Numbered from the stretch's first letter, positions 20,945-30,307 are shown. The stretch is DNA of 64,000 nucleotides from an uncultured bacterium (GCA_963736115.1 CAVTNR010000012.1:92147-156146); one strand, 5' to 3'. The notes: a model not told the origin generated them from the letters alone. Translations and numbers: made by a program.

Positions 20945-21220
20945 TTAGATATTCTGACGCGTATGAATTACAGCTAGAATATCGATTTGGTCAGGTTTAA
21001 CAAAGTAGATGATACGGTATAATCCTTCAAATACTTCTCGGATTTGTTCCATTTCATATTCAGGAACTTTTCTGCCAGATAATGGAAAATCAGCTATTTG
21101 AATGGATCGTCTAGTAATTCGGTCGACCGTCTGTTTTGCGTATTCTGGGGAATCAAGAGATATATATGAGTAAATGGCATCGAGATGGTTCTCCGCCGTT
21201 TCTGTCCAGAAGACTTTCAT
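20945..21220 (-). CDS. ParE/RelE family type II toxin
   Basis: 92-aa ORF with plasmid-stabilisation ParE/RelE fold motifs; overlaps upstream antitoxin by 4 nt. Confidence 0.7.
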   Translation of the reverse strand: MKVFWTETAENHLDAIYSYISLDSPEYAKQTVDRITRRSIQIADFPLSGRKVPEYEMEQIREVFEGLYRIIYFVKPDQIDILAVIHTRQNI

Positions 21221-21405
21221 CACGTTAAACCATATTTATCTCTTAATTCACTTACATCTTTTACTTTTCCCGATTTACTGTCTGAGAGACCTTTTTCGAT
21301 TACTTGACGCACATAAATTTCGTAGATAAGATCATCCCATGTTGAATTATCCGGCATCTTATCTATAAGTTTATGGGCGTCATCTTTAATAATTGAAGTT
21401 GGCAT
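21220..21405 (-). CDS. putative addiction module antitoxin component (TIGR02574-like)
   Basis: 61-aa ORF immediately upstream of toxin with 4-nt overlap. Confidence 0.55.
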   Translation of the reverse strand: MPTSIIKDDAHKLIDKMPDNSTWDDLIYEIYVRQVIEKGLSDSKSGKVKDVSELRDKYGLT

Positions 21406-21627
21406 ATTATCCTCTCATTTGAATTCTATAATAATATACAGCTATTATTTTGAATTTTCAATATTTAATAGCCGAACCTATTATTATACGGCCAATTCCC
21501 CAACAAACCACATTTCTTGATACAGGTATTTCTTGGCCTCTGGAGGAAGAAAAAACTGAAATGGCTGATACAAGGCCTTTAATGTTTCTCTATGCATACA
21601 TTTTCCTGAAAGAGGCTATATCCAGTA

Positions 21628-22065
21628 TCAGTCATGTTTTTCAACTATCCGCATTTCAAGCCCCAATGACCTGACCTCGCTCAGCGGGACCATCCATACT
21701 TGCCTGTCCGGATCCCACTTTCCGCCCGCGCATTTCACCAGTATTCTGAGGTATTTCTCTCCAAATCCGATCCGAAGAGCGACCCTATTATTCGGCGGAG
21801 GTGCAGACGATTTCGGCGCCCAGGCCTGTTTATCAATCAGGATTTCAACCGTTTTCGTCTTTTCCCCGGTCTCTGAATCGTACCGATACCGTACGCAGAT
21901 CAGGCGATCGCCGTACTCGCGCAGTTGTTTCTTCGATCCCGGGCGGCCGGGCAGTATTTTTTTCGTGAACCGCATGGAATTACCGATAGGATTGCGGGAG
22001 TTTCCGCGTGCCGGAAAACCGGAAATCGAAGGCCGGGGAGACCGCGCGTTGCGGTTTCTTCGCAA
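21628..22065 (-). CDS. hypothetical protein with DUF5710-like C-terminal motif (AGGKWDP..QVWMVP)
   Basis: high-GC ORF at island edge; motif resembles C-terminal domain found on plasmid primases; weak. Confidence 0.3.
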   Translation of the reverse strand: MRRNRNARSPRPSISGFPARGNSRNPIGNSMRFTKKILPGRPGSKKQLREYGDRLICVRYRYDSETGEKTKTVEILIDKQAWAPKSSAPPPNNRVALRIGFGEKYLRILVKCAGGKWDPDRQVWMVPLSEVRSLGLEMRIVEKHD

Positions 22066-22375
22066 AGGAACGTCCGGACGGGATGGTTTCCGCTGGACAT
22101 GGGCTCCCCCCTTCCGTTGAAGTGCGTGATGGATAACAGAAGGACTTTATTGAACTTGGAATATTATACAAATTGATACTTATAAAAACAAGATAAATTT
22201 TGATATTCAGGAGCGATTCTCAAGGGAAGACGGATCGCCGCAATAAGGTCCTTCGGGTGTAAAGCATGGGAGCGGCGCTCAGGACGACGAGAAATGGCCC
22301 GCCTCTTGTCAACTCCCTGGCTGAGTTCTGGTAAAACCAGAACTCAGCCGTCCCCCTTTCAGGGGGACATATCAT

Positions 22376-22407
22376 AAAAAAGCCCGTCCCTTTTCAGGAA
22401 CGGGCAG
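22376..22407 (-). terminator. rho-independent terminator for the TIG-lipoprotein operon
   Basis: minus-strand gcccgttcc-tgaaaag-ggacgggc followed by TTTTTT. Confidence 0.6.
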
Positions 22408-22446
22408 GACATCAGAGTATAGGATTGGGAAAAACCGGTAAAATCC

Positions 22447-23640
22447 TTACCATCTCCCGTAATACGGCGCGCCGGGCTCGCCCATGTCGATTCTGTGGAC
22501 GTTTCCGGCCCCGTTGATGAGCATCATGGCATACAGATAATTCCCGGTTCCCCAGACGGTCTTTTCGATCCCGGTTGTCAGAATGCCTTTGTAAAAGGCC
22601 TCCTGGGTTCCATCCGGGTTCAGGACAAAGACCGGGTTCACGTTGTCCGTGGAGATGAAAATCTGGCCGTCCACGGAAAAGGCCATGTCCTTGAATGCGG
22701 CCGTGTTGTACGGCGCGATGGCGTTGGCCTTGTCGAGCACCAGCTCGCGTTCGCCCAGGGTGCCGATCGCGTCCATGATCGGGTGCCGCCAGATCGCGGT
22801 CTGGGTTTTGGTTTCAACCCAGACATAGACGAATCCGTTGAAAACGCGGACGTCCTTGACATCATCGCTGGCGTACAACCCGATGGCCGCATTGGAGCCG
22901 TCCGGCTGGACGACGAAGAGATCGGCCGACTTGCCGGACATGTACAGAATGCCGTTCGAATCAAAGTCGCCCACCGAGATTTTCTTCTTCATGGTCAGCC
23001 ATTTGGCTTCGGTCCCATCCGCGGGGTTCCACTTCGCGACCGCCGTGCTGTTCGCGAACACCACGATGGTGTTGTCCGGCGCCAATACCGCGTCCGTCAG
23101 AACCTTGGTCACGGTCCCGGCCGCCGTCTTTTCTCCGGACGGCGTGACCCGGACCACGCTCAAATCGGCGAAAAAGGCATAGAGGTTCTCTTGGCTGTCC
23201 AGCGCGATCGCCTTGATTACCGTGCCCTCGAGGAACTGGCCGTACTCGGCTTTCACCGGGTCGGTGGTGAATAGCAACGGGGCCACAGCCATGGACAAGG
23301 CGTCATACGAAACGACCTTAATCGATACCGTTCCGGTCACGGACGGCCGCCGGACCGTCAGGCTGGTCGGCGACGCGGCGATCAGGTCGGCCTCGCTGGA
23401 GCCGAAATAAACCTTGTTCCGGTCTATCGTCGCCCCGAAGTTCCGGCCCTGCAGGACGATCGTGTTCACGCCCGCGGTCGCGCGGTCCGGAACCACGGCC
23501 GTGACGGCCGGAGCCGCGGGAATCGTGACTGAATCGTCGTATCTTGGCTCGGCCACGTTGTATTCGCATCCCGCCGCGGCGAGCAGAAGGACCGCGCAGG
23601 CCGATGCCGGCAGGATCCAGCCGTATTGAAAGCGTTTCAT
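22447..23640 (-). CDS. IPT/TIG domain plus beta-propeller lipoprotein (copy 1)
   Basis: lipoprotein signal LLLAAAGCEY; IPT/TIG-like segment then repeated propeller blades. Confidence 0.6.
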   Translation of the reverse strand: MKRFQYGWILPASACAVLLLAAAGCEYNVAEPRYDDSVTIPAAPAVTAVVPDRATAGVNTIVLQGRNFGATIDRNKVYFGSSEADLIAASPTSLTVRRPSVTGTVSIKVVSYDALSMAVAPLLFTTDPVKAEYGQFLEGTVIKAIALDSQENLYAFFADLSVVRVTPSGEKTAAGTVTKVLTDAVLAPDNTIVVFANSTAVAKWNPADGTEAKWLTMKKKISVGDFDSNGILYMSGKSADLFVVQPDGSNAAIGLYASDDVKDVRVFNGFVYVWVETKTQTAIWRHPIMDAIGTLGERELVLDKANAIAPYNTAAFKDMAFSVDGQIFISTDNVNPVFVLNPDGTQEAFYKGILTTGIEKTVWGTGNYLYAMMLINGAGNVHRIDMGEPGAPYYGRW

Positions 23641-23655
23641 CTCATTCTCCTTGCC

Positions 23656-24672
23656 TTAGAGGGAAAAGCGCGCCGTCATGCGCTGGACCTTGTCAAACAC
23701 CCCGAACGGCGTCATCGCGTAGTCGAACGACGCCCCGTAGCGCCGCACGCCCAGGCCGAACGTGAATCCGTCCTCGACGTTGTTCGACACGTAACCGCCG
23801 CGCACCAGAAGCGTCTTCAGAAGACCGTATTCCACCCCCACCTTCAACTGCTCCGGGTGGTCCCGGTGATGGCTCGCGTCCACGCTCACCAGAAGGCTCT
23901 GGTCCAGAGGCAGGTCCTCCACCAGGTCCAGAACGTCCATCGAGATCCCCAGGTTGAACACCAGCGGAAGCTGGAATCCCTCCTCCACGTACTCGATCTC
24001 CGTCGAAAAGTTCCGAACCGACATGCCGAACACCAGGCTCTTGAAGCCCGTCTTGAACTGCGTCCCGAAGTCAAACGCCATCGGCGTCAGGCTGTTTTTC
24101 ACCGTCACCGCCGTCGTATCCAGCGCCGCAGAAACCCGGGGCACCACGCTCTCGCCCAGGTCCTGGTGAACCCAGCGGACCTGGCCGCCCACGCTGAAAC
24201 GGTCCGTCAGACGCTTCGCGTATCCCACGCCCGCCGCCCACGCGCTCAGCTGGAACTTCCCCGTGTCACGGAATCCGTCCGGAGCGGTCTTGTCCACCAC
24301 CGTCCCGTAAAAATCCCCGTAGTCCACGTTCTGGAAGCTCACGCCCAGCACCCCCCACTCCCCCTTCGCCGGGCTCAGCGTCAACGCCACCGCGTTGTGC
24401 TTGATGTCCGCGATCCACGTGTTCTGGCTCGCGCTCACGTCCACGAACACGCCCTGGTTCGCCATGCCCGCGGGGTTGAAGAACAATGACGAAGACCCCG
24501 CCTCCAGGCTCGTCAGCGCCTCGGCCATAGCCGCGCCGCGCGCGTCCGACACCACGCTCAAAAACTGAAATCCCGTCTGCGCCAGCTTCTTGTTCCCCGC
24601 CTCCGCTCCGGACCCGAAACCAAGCACGCCCAGGCAGAGAACGCAGATTCCGATTTGATTGCTCTTGTTCAT
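23656..24672 (-). CDS. PorV/PorQ family T9SS-associated outer-membrane beta-barrel protein (copy 1)
   Basis: N-terminal FQFLSVVSDARGAAMAEAL...FFNPAGMA resembles PorV signature PFLLISPDARSGGMGD...WNPA; alternating beta-strand pattern; C-terminal F. Confidence 0.6.
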   Translation of the reverse strand: MNKSNQIGICVLCLGVLGFGSGAEAGNKKLAQTGFQFLSVVSDARGAAMAEALTSLEAGSSSLFFNPAGMANQGVFVDVSASQNTWIADIKHNAVALTLSPAKGEWGVLGVSFQNVDYGDFYGTVVDKTAPDGFRDTGKFQLSAWAAGVGYAKRLTDRFSVGGQVRWVHQDLGESVVPRVSAALDTTAVTVKNSLTPMAFDFGTQFKTGFKSLVFGMSVRNFSTEIEYVEEGFQLPLVFNLGISMDVLDLVEDLPLDQSLLVSVDASHHRDHPEQLKVGVEYGLLKTLLVRGGYVSNNVEDGFTFGLGVRRYGASFDYAMTPFGVFDKVQRMTARFSL

Positions 24673-24688
24673 CTCTCGTCTCCTTGCC

Positions 24689-26842
24689 TTAGCGTATGAC
24701 CACGAACTTCCGGATCACCGATTCCCCTTTACTGAACCCCGCCCCGTCCTCCGTCACCTCCACGTACAGCAGGTAGATGCCGCTCACGATGATCTGGCGC
24801 GACGATGTCATCGAATCCCACAGCTCGTCGCCCGCGCCGTTCGTGTGCTCTTTTGACCAGACCAGGTCGCCCCGCTCCGTGTACACCCGCACCTTGCACC
24901 GCGGCGGCAGGCCGTAGAACGCGATGCGGTCGTACTGCGACTCGTCCCCGAACTGGAACATCCGCGACCGCAGGTCGTAGGGGTTCGGCACCACGCGGAC
25001 CTGCGAGAGGCTCGTGCCCGCGGGTTTCAGCAGGTTGGCGGGCCGGCTCGTCAGGGTCCAGAACAGGCCGCTCAGCAGAGTGCGGTTCTCCTGCGTGCCG
25101 TCGTCCTTCGATTGAATCGCGTAGTAGTAGTCGAATCCGCGCGTGGCGGTCGTGTCGTTCCATTCGTTCACCGCGTCGGCCGCGCCGCACTCGAACACTG
25201 TCTCGTACCGCGAATCAACGCCGAGCACCGTGCCCACGGCCCGGCTGATCACGTAACCGCCGAAATGCGGGTCAGACTCGGCGTTGTCGGCCCAGGTGAG
25301 CTGGATACGGTCGCCGCCCGAACGGACCGTGAACCACTTCGGCGGCGGCGGCGGCTGGGGCAGAGACCAGCCGGATTCATAGTTCCTCACCGCGTTCCGG
25401 TACATGGCCAGCACGGAGTCCACGCCCGTGAACACCCACGCCTTTTTGTACGCGTTGTGGTCCGCCGTCTCGGAACCATCGGGCATCACGAGGCTGGGCG
25501 AGGCCGTGTTGTTGCGCCACTGCAGCCAGTTCCAACCCACTTCGCGGTTCTTCTCGCGCCCGATGCCGTTCACGCCCTCGGCGAACACGATGCGGACGCT
25601 GTCGCCTGGCGCCAATGTATAGGGCCCAAAGCCCTGGCCCTGGCTGGTGCCGCCTCCGCCCTGGCGACGGGCGTCGGTCAGGGTCATGGCGTAGTTGTTG
25701 CCGATCAGTTCGTCATGCGCCTGGGACGCATGGCCCTCGCTCATAACGCCGTAGCGGATGCCCATATAACTTTCATCATACTGGCTGACATTGGCGCTCA
25801 TGCCCACGATGTCGCCGTCCGAGGCGATGTACCAGGTGGTCTTCGGCTGGGTCGCATCGTCGTCTTGATTGGACGGCGACTTGTCCGCGTGCAAGGTGAC
25901 GGAGCCCGCGAACTTGGCCGAACCCATGAGCCCGTCCTCGTTCTCGTTCGGGCATCCCCAGTCCTCATTGTAACTGACATTCTGCCGGTCGTCCTCGGGC
26001 CCGTAATAGGAGTAATAGCCGCGCATGCCGAAGGTCGGCGAGGACGGATTGGTGAAGGACGCGGCCGCGGGATCCCAGTTGAAGGCATGGTTCAGCGTGC
26101 CTTCTCCCCAGACCGTGTTGAACGCGCCCCAGCCCAGGCCGAACCCGGGGCAGGCTTCACCCGCGAAGGCGTAGCGGACCGTGAAATACACCCAGAGGTC
26201 CTGCAGCGTCTGCGGATAGACCGTGCCCTCGCGGTCGATGATGCCCGTGTTCTTGAATACATAATCGTGGACATAGTAATCGTCCTGGTCGGGACTGGTG
26301 AAGGCCATCACCTTCTTGGTGACGGACACGCCGATCGACGTGTTGAACCGGACAAGCACCATGCGGTCGCAGGGCAGGTTCTCGTCCAGGCTGTCGAGTA
26401 CGTCGTAGGTATCCAGCACCGTGGCCAGGTTGTCGTCCACCGACACCACCGGGTGATAGTCCTTTCCGATCAGCTTGATCTCCTTCTCGAAGATCATGTT
26501 GACCCGCTCTTCGGGATTGCGGGGGCCGGATCCGATCACCTTGACGCTGAGCGTGCGGCCCAGACGGGACTCATGAAAGTTCTTCGCCCCGATCCAGAGT
26601 CCTTTCTGGCGCACCGTGTTCTGCTCGATGCCGTACTGGGCGGGCCAGGAGAAATGGTTCGTGTTGCCGACCTGGGATTCACTCTCGTACTCCGAGCCCA
26701 CCTCGTTGACGAAAGACTGAAGCTGCCCGACGCGGAGCCACCGGACATCCTGGGAGAAACCGGCGCCGGCGAAGACTGTCAGGGCCAGCGCCGCCGTCCC
26801 GATCCAGAGGCCACGGCCGAACTTTGTTTGTTGCGATTTCAT
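24689..26842 (-). CDS. secreted surface protein: novel N-terminal domain + poly-Pro linker + FN3-like + T9SS-type C-terminal domain (copy 1)
   Basis: start chosen at MKSQQTKF (26842) with signal peptide, 20 nt after TBDR stop; C-terminal VPNPYD...SGIYLLYVEVT matches Por tail pattern. Confidence 0.6.
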   Translation of the reverse strand: MKSQQTKFGRGLWIGTAALALTVFAGAGFSQDVRWLRVGQLQSFVNEVGSEYESESQVGNTNHFSWPAQYGIEQNTVRQKGLWIGAKNFHESRLGRTLSVKVIGSGPRNPEERVNMIFEKEIKLIGKDYHPVVSVDDNLATVLDTYDVLDSLDENLPCDRMVLVRFNTSIGVSVTKKVMAFTSPDQDDYYVHDYVFKNTGIIDREGTVYPQTLQDLWVYFTVRYAFAGEACPGFGLGWGAFNTVWGEGTLNHAFNWDPAAASFTNPSSPTFGMRGYYSYYGPEDDRQNVSYNEDWGCPNENEDGLMGSAKFAGSVTLHADKSPSNQDDDATQPKTTWYIASDGDIVGMSANVSQYDESYMGIRYGVMSEGHASQAHDELIGNNYAMTLTDARRQGGGGTSQGQGFGPYTLAPGDSVRIVFAEGVNGIGREKNREVGWNWLQWRNNTASPSLVMPDGSETADHNAYKKAWVFTGVDSVLAMYRNAVRNYESGWSLPQPPPPPKWFTVRSGGDRIQLTWADNAESDPHFGGYVISRAVGTVLGVDSRYETVFECGAADAVNEWNDTTATRGFDYYYAIQSKDDGTQENRTLLSGLFWTLTSRPANLLKPAGTSLSQVRVVPNPYDLRSRMFQFGDESQYDRIAFYGLPPRCKVRVYTERGDLVWSKEHTNGAGDELWDSMTSSRQIIVSGIYLLYVEVTEDGAGFSKGESVIRKFVVIR

Positions 26843-26862
26843 GTGACACCTCTGTGTGTTGG

Positions 26863-29800
26863 TCAACGGGTTAGGTCGAAGGACAGCCGGGCGCCGTAGT
26901 AGAAGTGCCTGGGATTCAGGAACCAGAAGGTGGATGCGTTCGGCATGTCGATATAGGCCTTGTCCTTCAGCACGCGGTCGATCCGTTTTTTGGCCACCTC
27001 GGACCAAGCTCCTCCGGCGTATTCCCAGTACAGGCCCGTCGAACCCTCGAAATAGATGGCCCGCGGCTTGCCGGACGAGGCCGGGTCGATCGTGCCCTGG
27101 TATTCCATCGGCTGGAACTCGACGCCGGGCTTCCGATAGTCCCCGACCCGGTCGTTCCCCGGAATGTTGTTGTAGGCCTTGTTCTTCGGCAGGTGAAGCG
27201 ACAGCATGTAGTCGCGGTCTCCGGTGTCCCACAGCCGCTTGGTGTTCAGCACATTGTCCACATCCATCATGATCTGCACGCTGGCCCGGCCCAGGCGGAG
27301 CGTCTTGGAGAGCCGCAGGGTGGTGTTGAAATAATCCAGGGTCCGTACGTTATATGAAATGGACGGCACGTTCCGCGGGTTCCAGGTCACCCAGTTGCTG
27401 GCCTGCCAGTTCAGGAGCATGTTGAGCATCCATCCGCCCAGGGGCGCGTGGCCGAACACGGCCGGCCCCATGTCTCCGGGAGTGTACAGGCTGAGGTCGG
27501 CCCGTGCGTACGGCCGCGGCATCGGCCGGTCCTGGTACATGTTGATCGTGGCTTCGTCCCACTTTTTCTGCTCGGACGGATCCTGATACTGCCGGGCGCT
27601 GTTGAAGTGGCCGGACGTGCTGACCTGGTAGGTGTAGTTCGCGAACCCGGACCACCAGCGGCCCGTACTTTTGCGCAGGGTCAGCTCGAAGCCGCGGATA
27701 TCCTCGTACCGGTTGCTCGTGGTGAGCCCGTACGAATAGCCGGCGACCGAGTAGTAAGTGGTGTAGTCCTGCTGATCCGAGATGTCGCGGTAGAATGCGG
27801 TGACCTGCAGGAGAAAGCTCCTCGGGAGCAGGTGGTCGTAGCCCAGTTCGTAGGAGATGGTTTTGGCCAGGATCATGCTGGGATCGCCGATGCTGGTCAG
27901 ATAGCGTTCCGCGTTGCGCTGAACCCGGAACAGAGTCTCATACTGCGGCATCTGCTTGAAATGGCCGTAGTTGAAAAACAGCTTGGAGTTTTCGGTGATG
28001 GGATGCGAGATGCCGAGCCTGGGGCTGAGCTGCCACTGCGGCTTTGATTCCTTCATGGCGTACTCGGCGGCCGGCTTGTACTTGGACGAATAGAAGGCGT
28101 TGTCGTAGTGTTCGATGTTCCACCATTCAGTGCGGGAATCGCTGTAGTCGAGCCGCAGGCCCGCGTTCATCGTGAATCCCTTGGTTTCGAGCTTGTCCTG
28201 CAGATAGAGGCCGGCCCGGACCGGGAACACGCGCATCTGAACGCGGTTGGCGTAGGTCTTGCCGGCGGTGGCGGACGCGATGGTGCCGTAGTCGAAATCC
28301 AGATCGTTGTACACGAGTTCCGCGCCGGCCTTGACCAGGTTGTTGTAGTCGACCTGGCTGGTGTAGTCGGCCTTCAGCGTGGTGGAGCCGACTTTGGAGA
28401 AGTCGCGGGCTTTGGCGACGTGGGAACCGCCGATGATGATCACGCCGTTCACCTCGGACGGCCAGTATCCCAGGGGGTTGGAATCCTCGTAGAATCCGGG
28501 CACGACCTCGGTAAGGGCCGATGTGTCGCGCAGGGCCCTCGGCCGCACGTTGTAGTCGCGCCGGAACTGCTCCAGAGTGATTTCATAGAACGTCTTCGAG
28601 CTGACCGTGTGGGTGAGCTTGGCGGCCAATGACCGGTGCCCGATGTCGGCCAGGCAGAAGTTGTAGTCGGAGAACATGTTCACCAGGTCGAAGGTGCTCG
28701 CGACGTTCAGCGCGACGCCCGCGATCTCGTTCGGGTACCGCGGGTAGTAATAGGTGCCCGTGCCGTCCCAGTTGTGCCGTATGGTGAACTGCTTGCCGGC
28801 GAGCGCGGACAGACGCAGTTTCATGGTCTTGGTGATATCGGCATTCAGCTGGAGGGTCCAGTCATAGTCTTTGTAATCGGGACGGGACAGCGGCCAGACC
28901 AGCATGTCGCGATGCTGACGGAACGAACCAAAGAACCGCAGATCGCCCAGTGCCTTTCCGATCACCGGAACCGGCCCGCCGAAGCCCGCGTCAATGTCGT
29001 AATCCGCCTGGTCGTTGATCTGCCGCTTGCGGATCTCGTACTCGAACGCGCGACGGGCGGCCAGGGGCGTCAGGTCGTTGTTCGGATTATTGTCCGTGCA
29101 CAGGGACTGTGAGATGGCGTTCCATCCGACGAATTCCATGTACTGCTTGCGTGTGTACTCGTCCCACGCGCCGCTGGCCGTGCCCGTCCAGCACACGGCG
29201 TCGTCGTAAAACGGACGCATGACATAGGAGTCCGGGTCATGCACGTCCACGATGCCCGTGCCCCGCCAGTACTTCGGCGCGGCCGGGCTGAGCCGCGTTT
29301 GGACGCTTCCGAAATAGCCCTGGCGGCTGCCCTCCTGGGTGACCACGTTGACGATGCCCGACTGCACCTGGCCGTATTCGGCGTTGAATCCGCCGCGCTC
29401 AACCGAAATCTCCTTGATGGCGGACAGTGCCAGCTTGGTGATGGGCTGGTTGTTGCGGGGATCACGCAGGGTGACGCCATCCATCATGAACAGGGCCGCA
29501 TCGGCCATGCCGCCGCGGATGCTCAGGCCCTGCATGCCGGCCTGCATGCCCAGCACGCCCTCGATGTTGGCCACGGGCAGGTCCTGAATTTCCTTGTCCG
29601 TCACGGAAACGACGCTGGTGGCCACGTCCGTTTTCACGAGCTCGCGCTTGGCGGCCACGACCACGGTTTCGCCCTGGAGGACTTCGTCGGCCAACCGCAC
29701 GTCCACATGCGCGGTCTGGTCGATGAGCACGCGTATGGACTGCACCGTCACCCGGCCGTACCCGAGCATGGAGAGCTGGACCGAATGGGTGCCGGGCGGC

Positions 29801-30012
29801 ACTTCGAGAATCGTATACGTGCCGTCCAAGTCCGTGACGCCGCCGAGCGCGGTGCCCGCGACCATCACATTGACGCCCGGCAGGGGCGTTCCTGTTTTCT
29901 GGTCCGTGACCTGTCCCCTTATCTTTCCGGTCGTGCCCGCCCAAAGCGGGGTGCCGAGAATCAGGACCAGAAGCAGCGTCTGGCCGAGGGCCCGCGTGAA
30001 AATGCTTTTCAT
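26863..30012 (-). CDS. SusC/RagA-like TonB-dependent receptor (copy 1)
   Basis: ATG 30012 with GGAGGATGG RBS; signal peptide; carboxypeptidase-regulatory-like domain; TonB plug; long beta-barrel. Confidence 0.8.
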   Translation of the reverse strand: MKSIFTRALGQTLLLVLILGTPLWAGTTGKIRGQVTDQKTGTPLPGVNVMVAGTALGGVTDLDGTYTILEVPPGTHSVQLSMLGYGRVTVQSIRVLIDQTAHVDVRLADEVLQGETVVVAAKRELVKTDVATSVVSVTDKEIQDLPVANIEGVLGMQAGMQGLSIRGGMADAALFMMDGVTLRDPRNNQPITKLALSAIKEISVERGGFNAEYGQVQSGIVNVVTQEGSRQGYFGSVQTRLSPAAPKYWRGTGIVDVHDPDSYVMRPFYDDAVCWTGTASGAWDEYTRKQYMEFVGWNAISQSLCTDNNPNNDLTPLAARRAFEYEIRKRQINDQADYDIDAGFGGPVPVIGKALGDLRFFGSFRQHRDMLVWPLSRPDYKDYDWTLQLNADITKTMKLRLSALAGKQFTIRHNWDGTGTYYYPRYPNEIAGVALNVASTFDLVNMFSDYNFCLADIGHRSLAAKLTHTVSSKTFYEITLEQFRRDYNVRPRALRDTSALTEVVPGFYEDSNPLGYWPSEVNGVIIIGGSHVAKARDFSKVGSTTLKADYTSQVDYNNLVKAGAELVYNDLDFDYGTIASATAGKTYANRVQMRVFPVRAGLYLQDKLETKGFTMNAGLRLDYSDSRTEWWNIEHYDNAFYSSKYKPAAEYAMKESKPQWQLSPRLGISHPITENSKLFFNYGHFKQMPQYETLFRVQRNAERYLTSIGDPSMILAKTISYELGYDHLLPRSFLLQVTAFYRDISDQQDYTTYYSVAGYSYGLTTSNRYEDIRGFELTLRKSTGRWWSGFANYTYQVSTSGHFNSARQYQDPSEQKKWDEATINMYQDRPMPRPYARADLSLYTPGDMGPAVFGHAPLGGWMLNMLLNWQASNWVTWNPRNVPSISYNVRTLDYFNTTLRLSKTLRLGRASVQIMMDVDNVLNTKRLWDTGDRDYMLSLHLPKNKAYNNIPGNDRVGDYRKPGVEFQPMEYQGTIDPASSGKPRAIYFEGSTGLYWEYAGGAWSEVAKKRIDRVLKDKAYIDMPNASTFWFLNPRHFYYGARLSFDLTR

Positions 30013-30307
30013 ACCATCCTCCAAGAAATGAGATGGGACTGCCGTGAAAATGCCGGGAATCTGATGAAATACGTTAATACGGAATGTGCCGTTTACTTAA
30101 TCGTTTTAGCCAAACCATACAAAAACCTTGCTCAATCGAGCCTATTTCCTTAACAACTATTTATAATAATATTATGAAGTTAGGAGTCGACCGGAAACGT
30201 TTCCAATAATATACAAAAAATCCCCTTTTCCGCAAGCACTTTTTAAACTGAACCGCCCGGGGTTGCGAAGCCTCGGGCGATCAAAATCGGAACATATACA
30301 GGGGGGT

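Larger units (their letters stand above)
15450..21630 (-). mobile_element. low-GC island: integron-like gene cassette array without visible integrase (CALIN-like)
   Basis: abrupt GC drop; co-oriented small ORFs each followed by a conserved imperfect palindromic roughly 100-bp repeat with attC-like termini; TA cassette; decayed genes. Confidence 0.55.

Noticed and set aside
15450-22200. Integron integrase (intI) or attI adjacent to the cassette array
   Set aside because: No tyrosine-recombinase-like ORF on either flank: 21628..22065 is too small, and to the left lie ICMT, aqpZ and the T9SS remnant. The array is therefore described as a CALIN, and intI may lie elsewhere or be lost.
24689-27232. 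847-aa version of the cargo ORF extending 370 nt into the TBDR gene
   Set aside because: The extension is Arg/Pro-rich and overlaps the TBDR C-terminus. An internal ATG at 26842 gives a signal peptide and a 20-nt intergenic gap, matching copy 2.
30025-30307. Possible small gene or attenuator in the AT-rich 283-bp spacer upstream of TBDR copy 1
   Set aside because: No ORF of reasonable quality. It is more likely a promoter region, and it was not analysed in detail.
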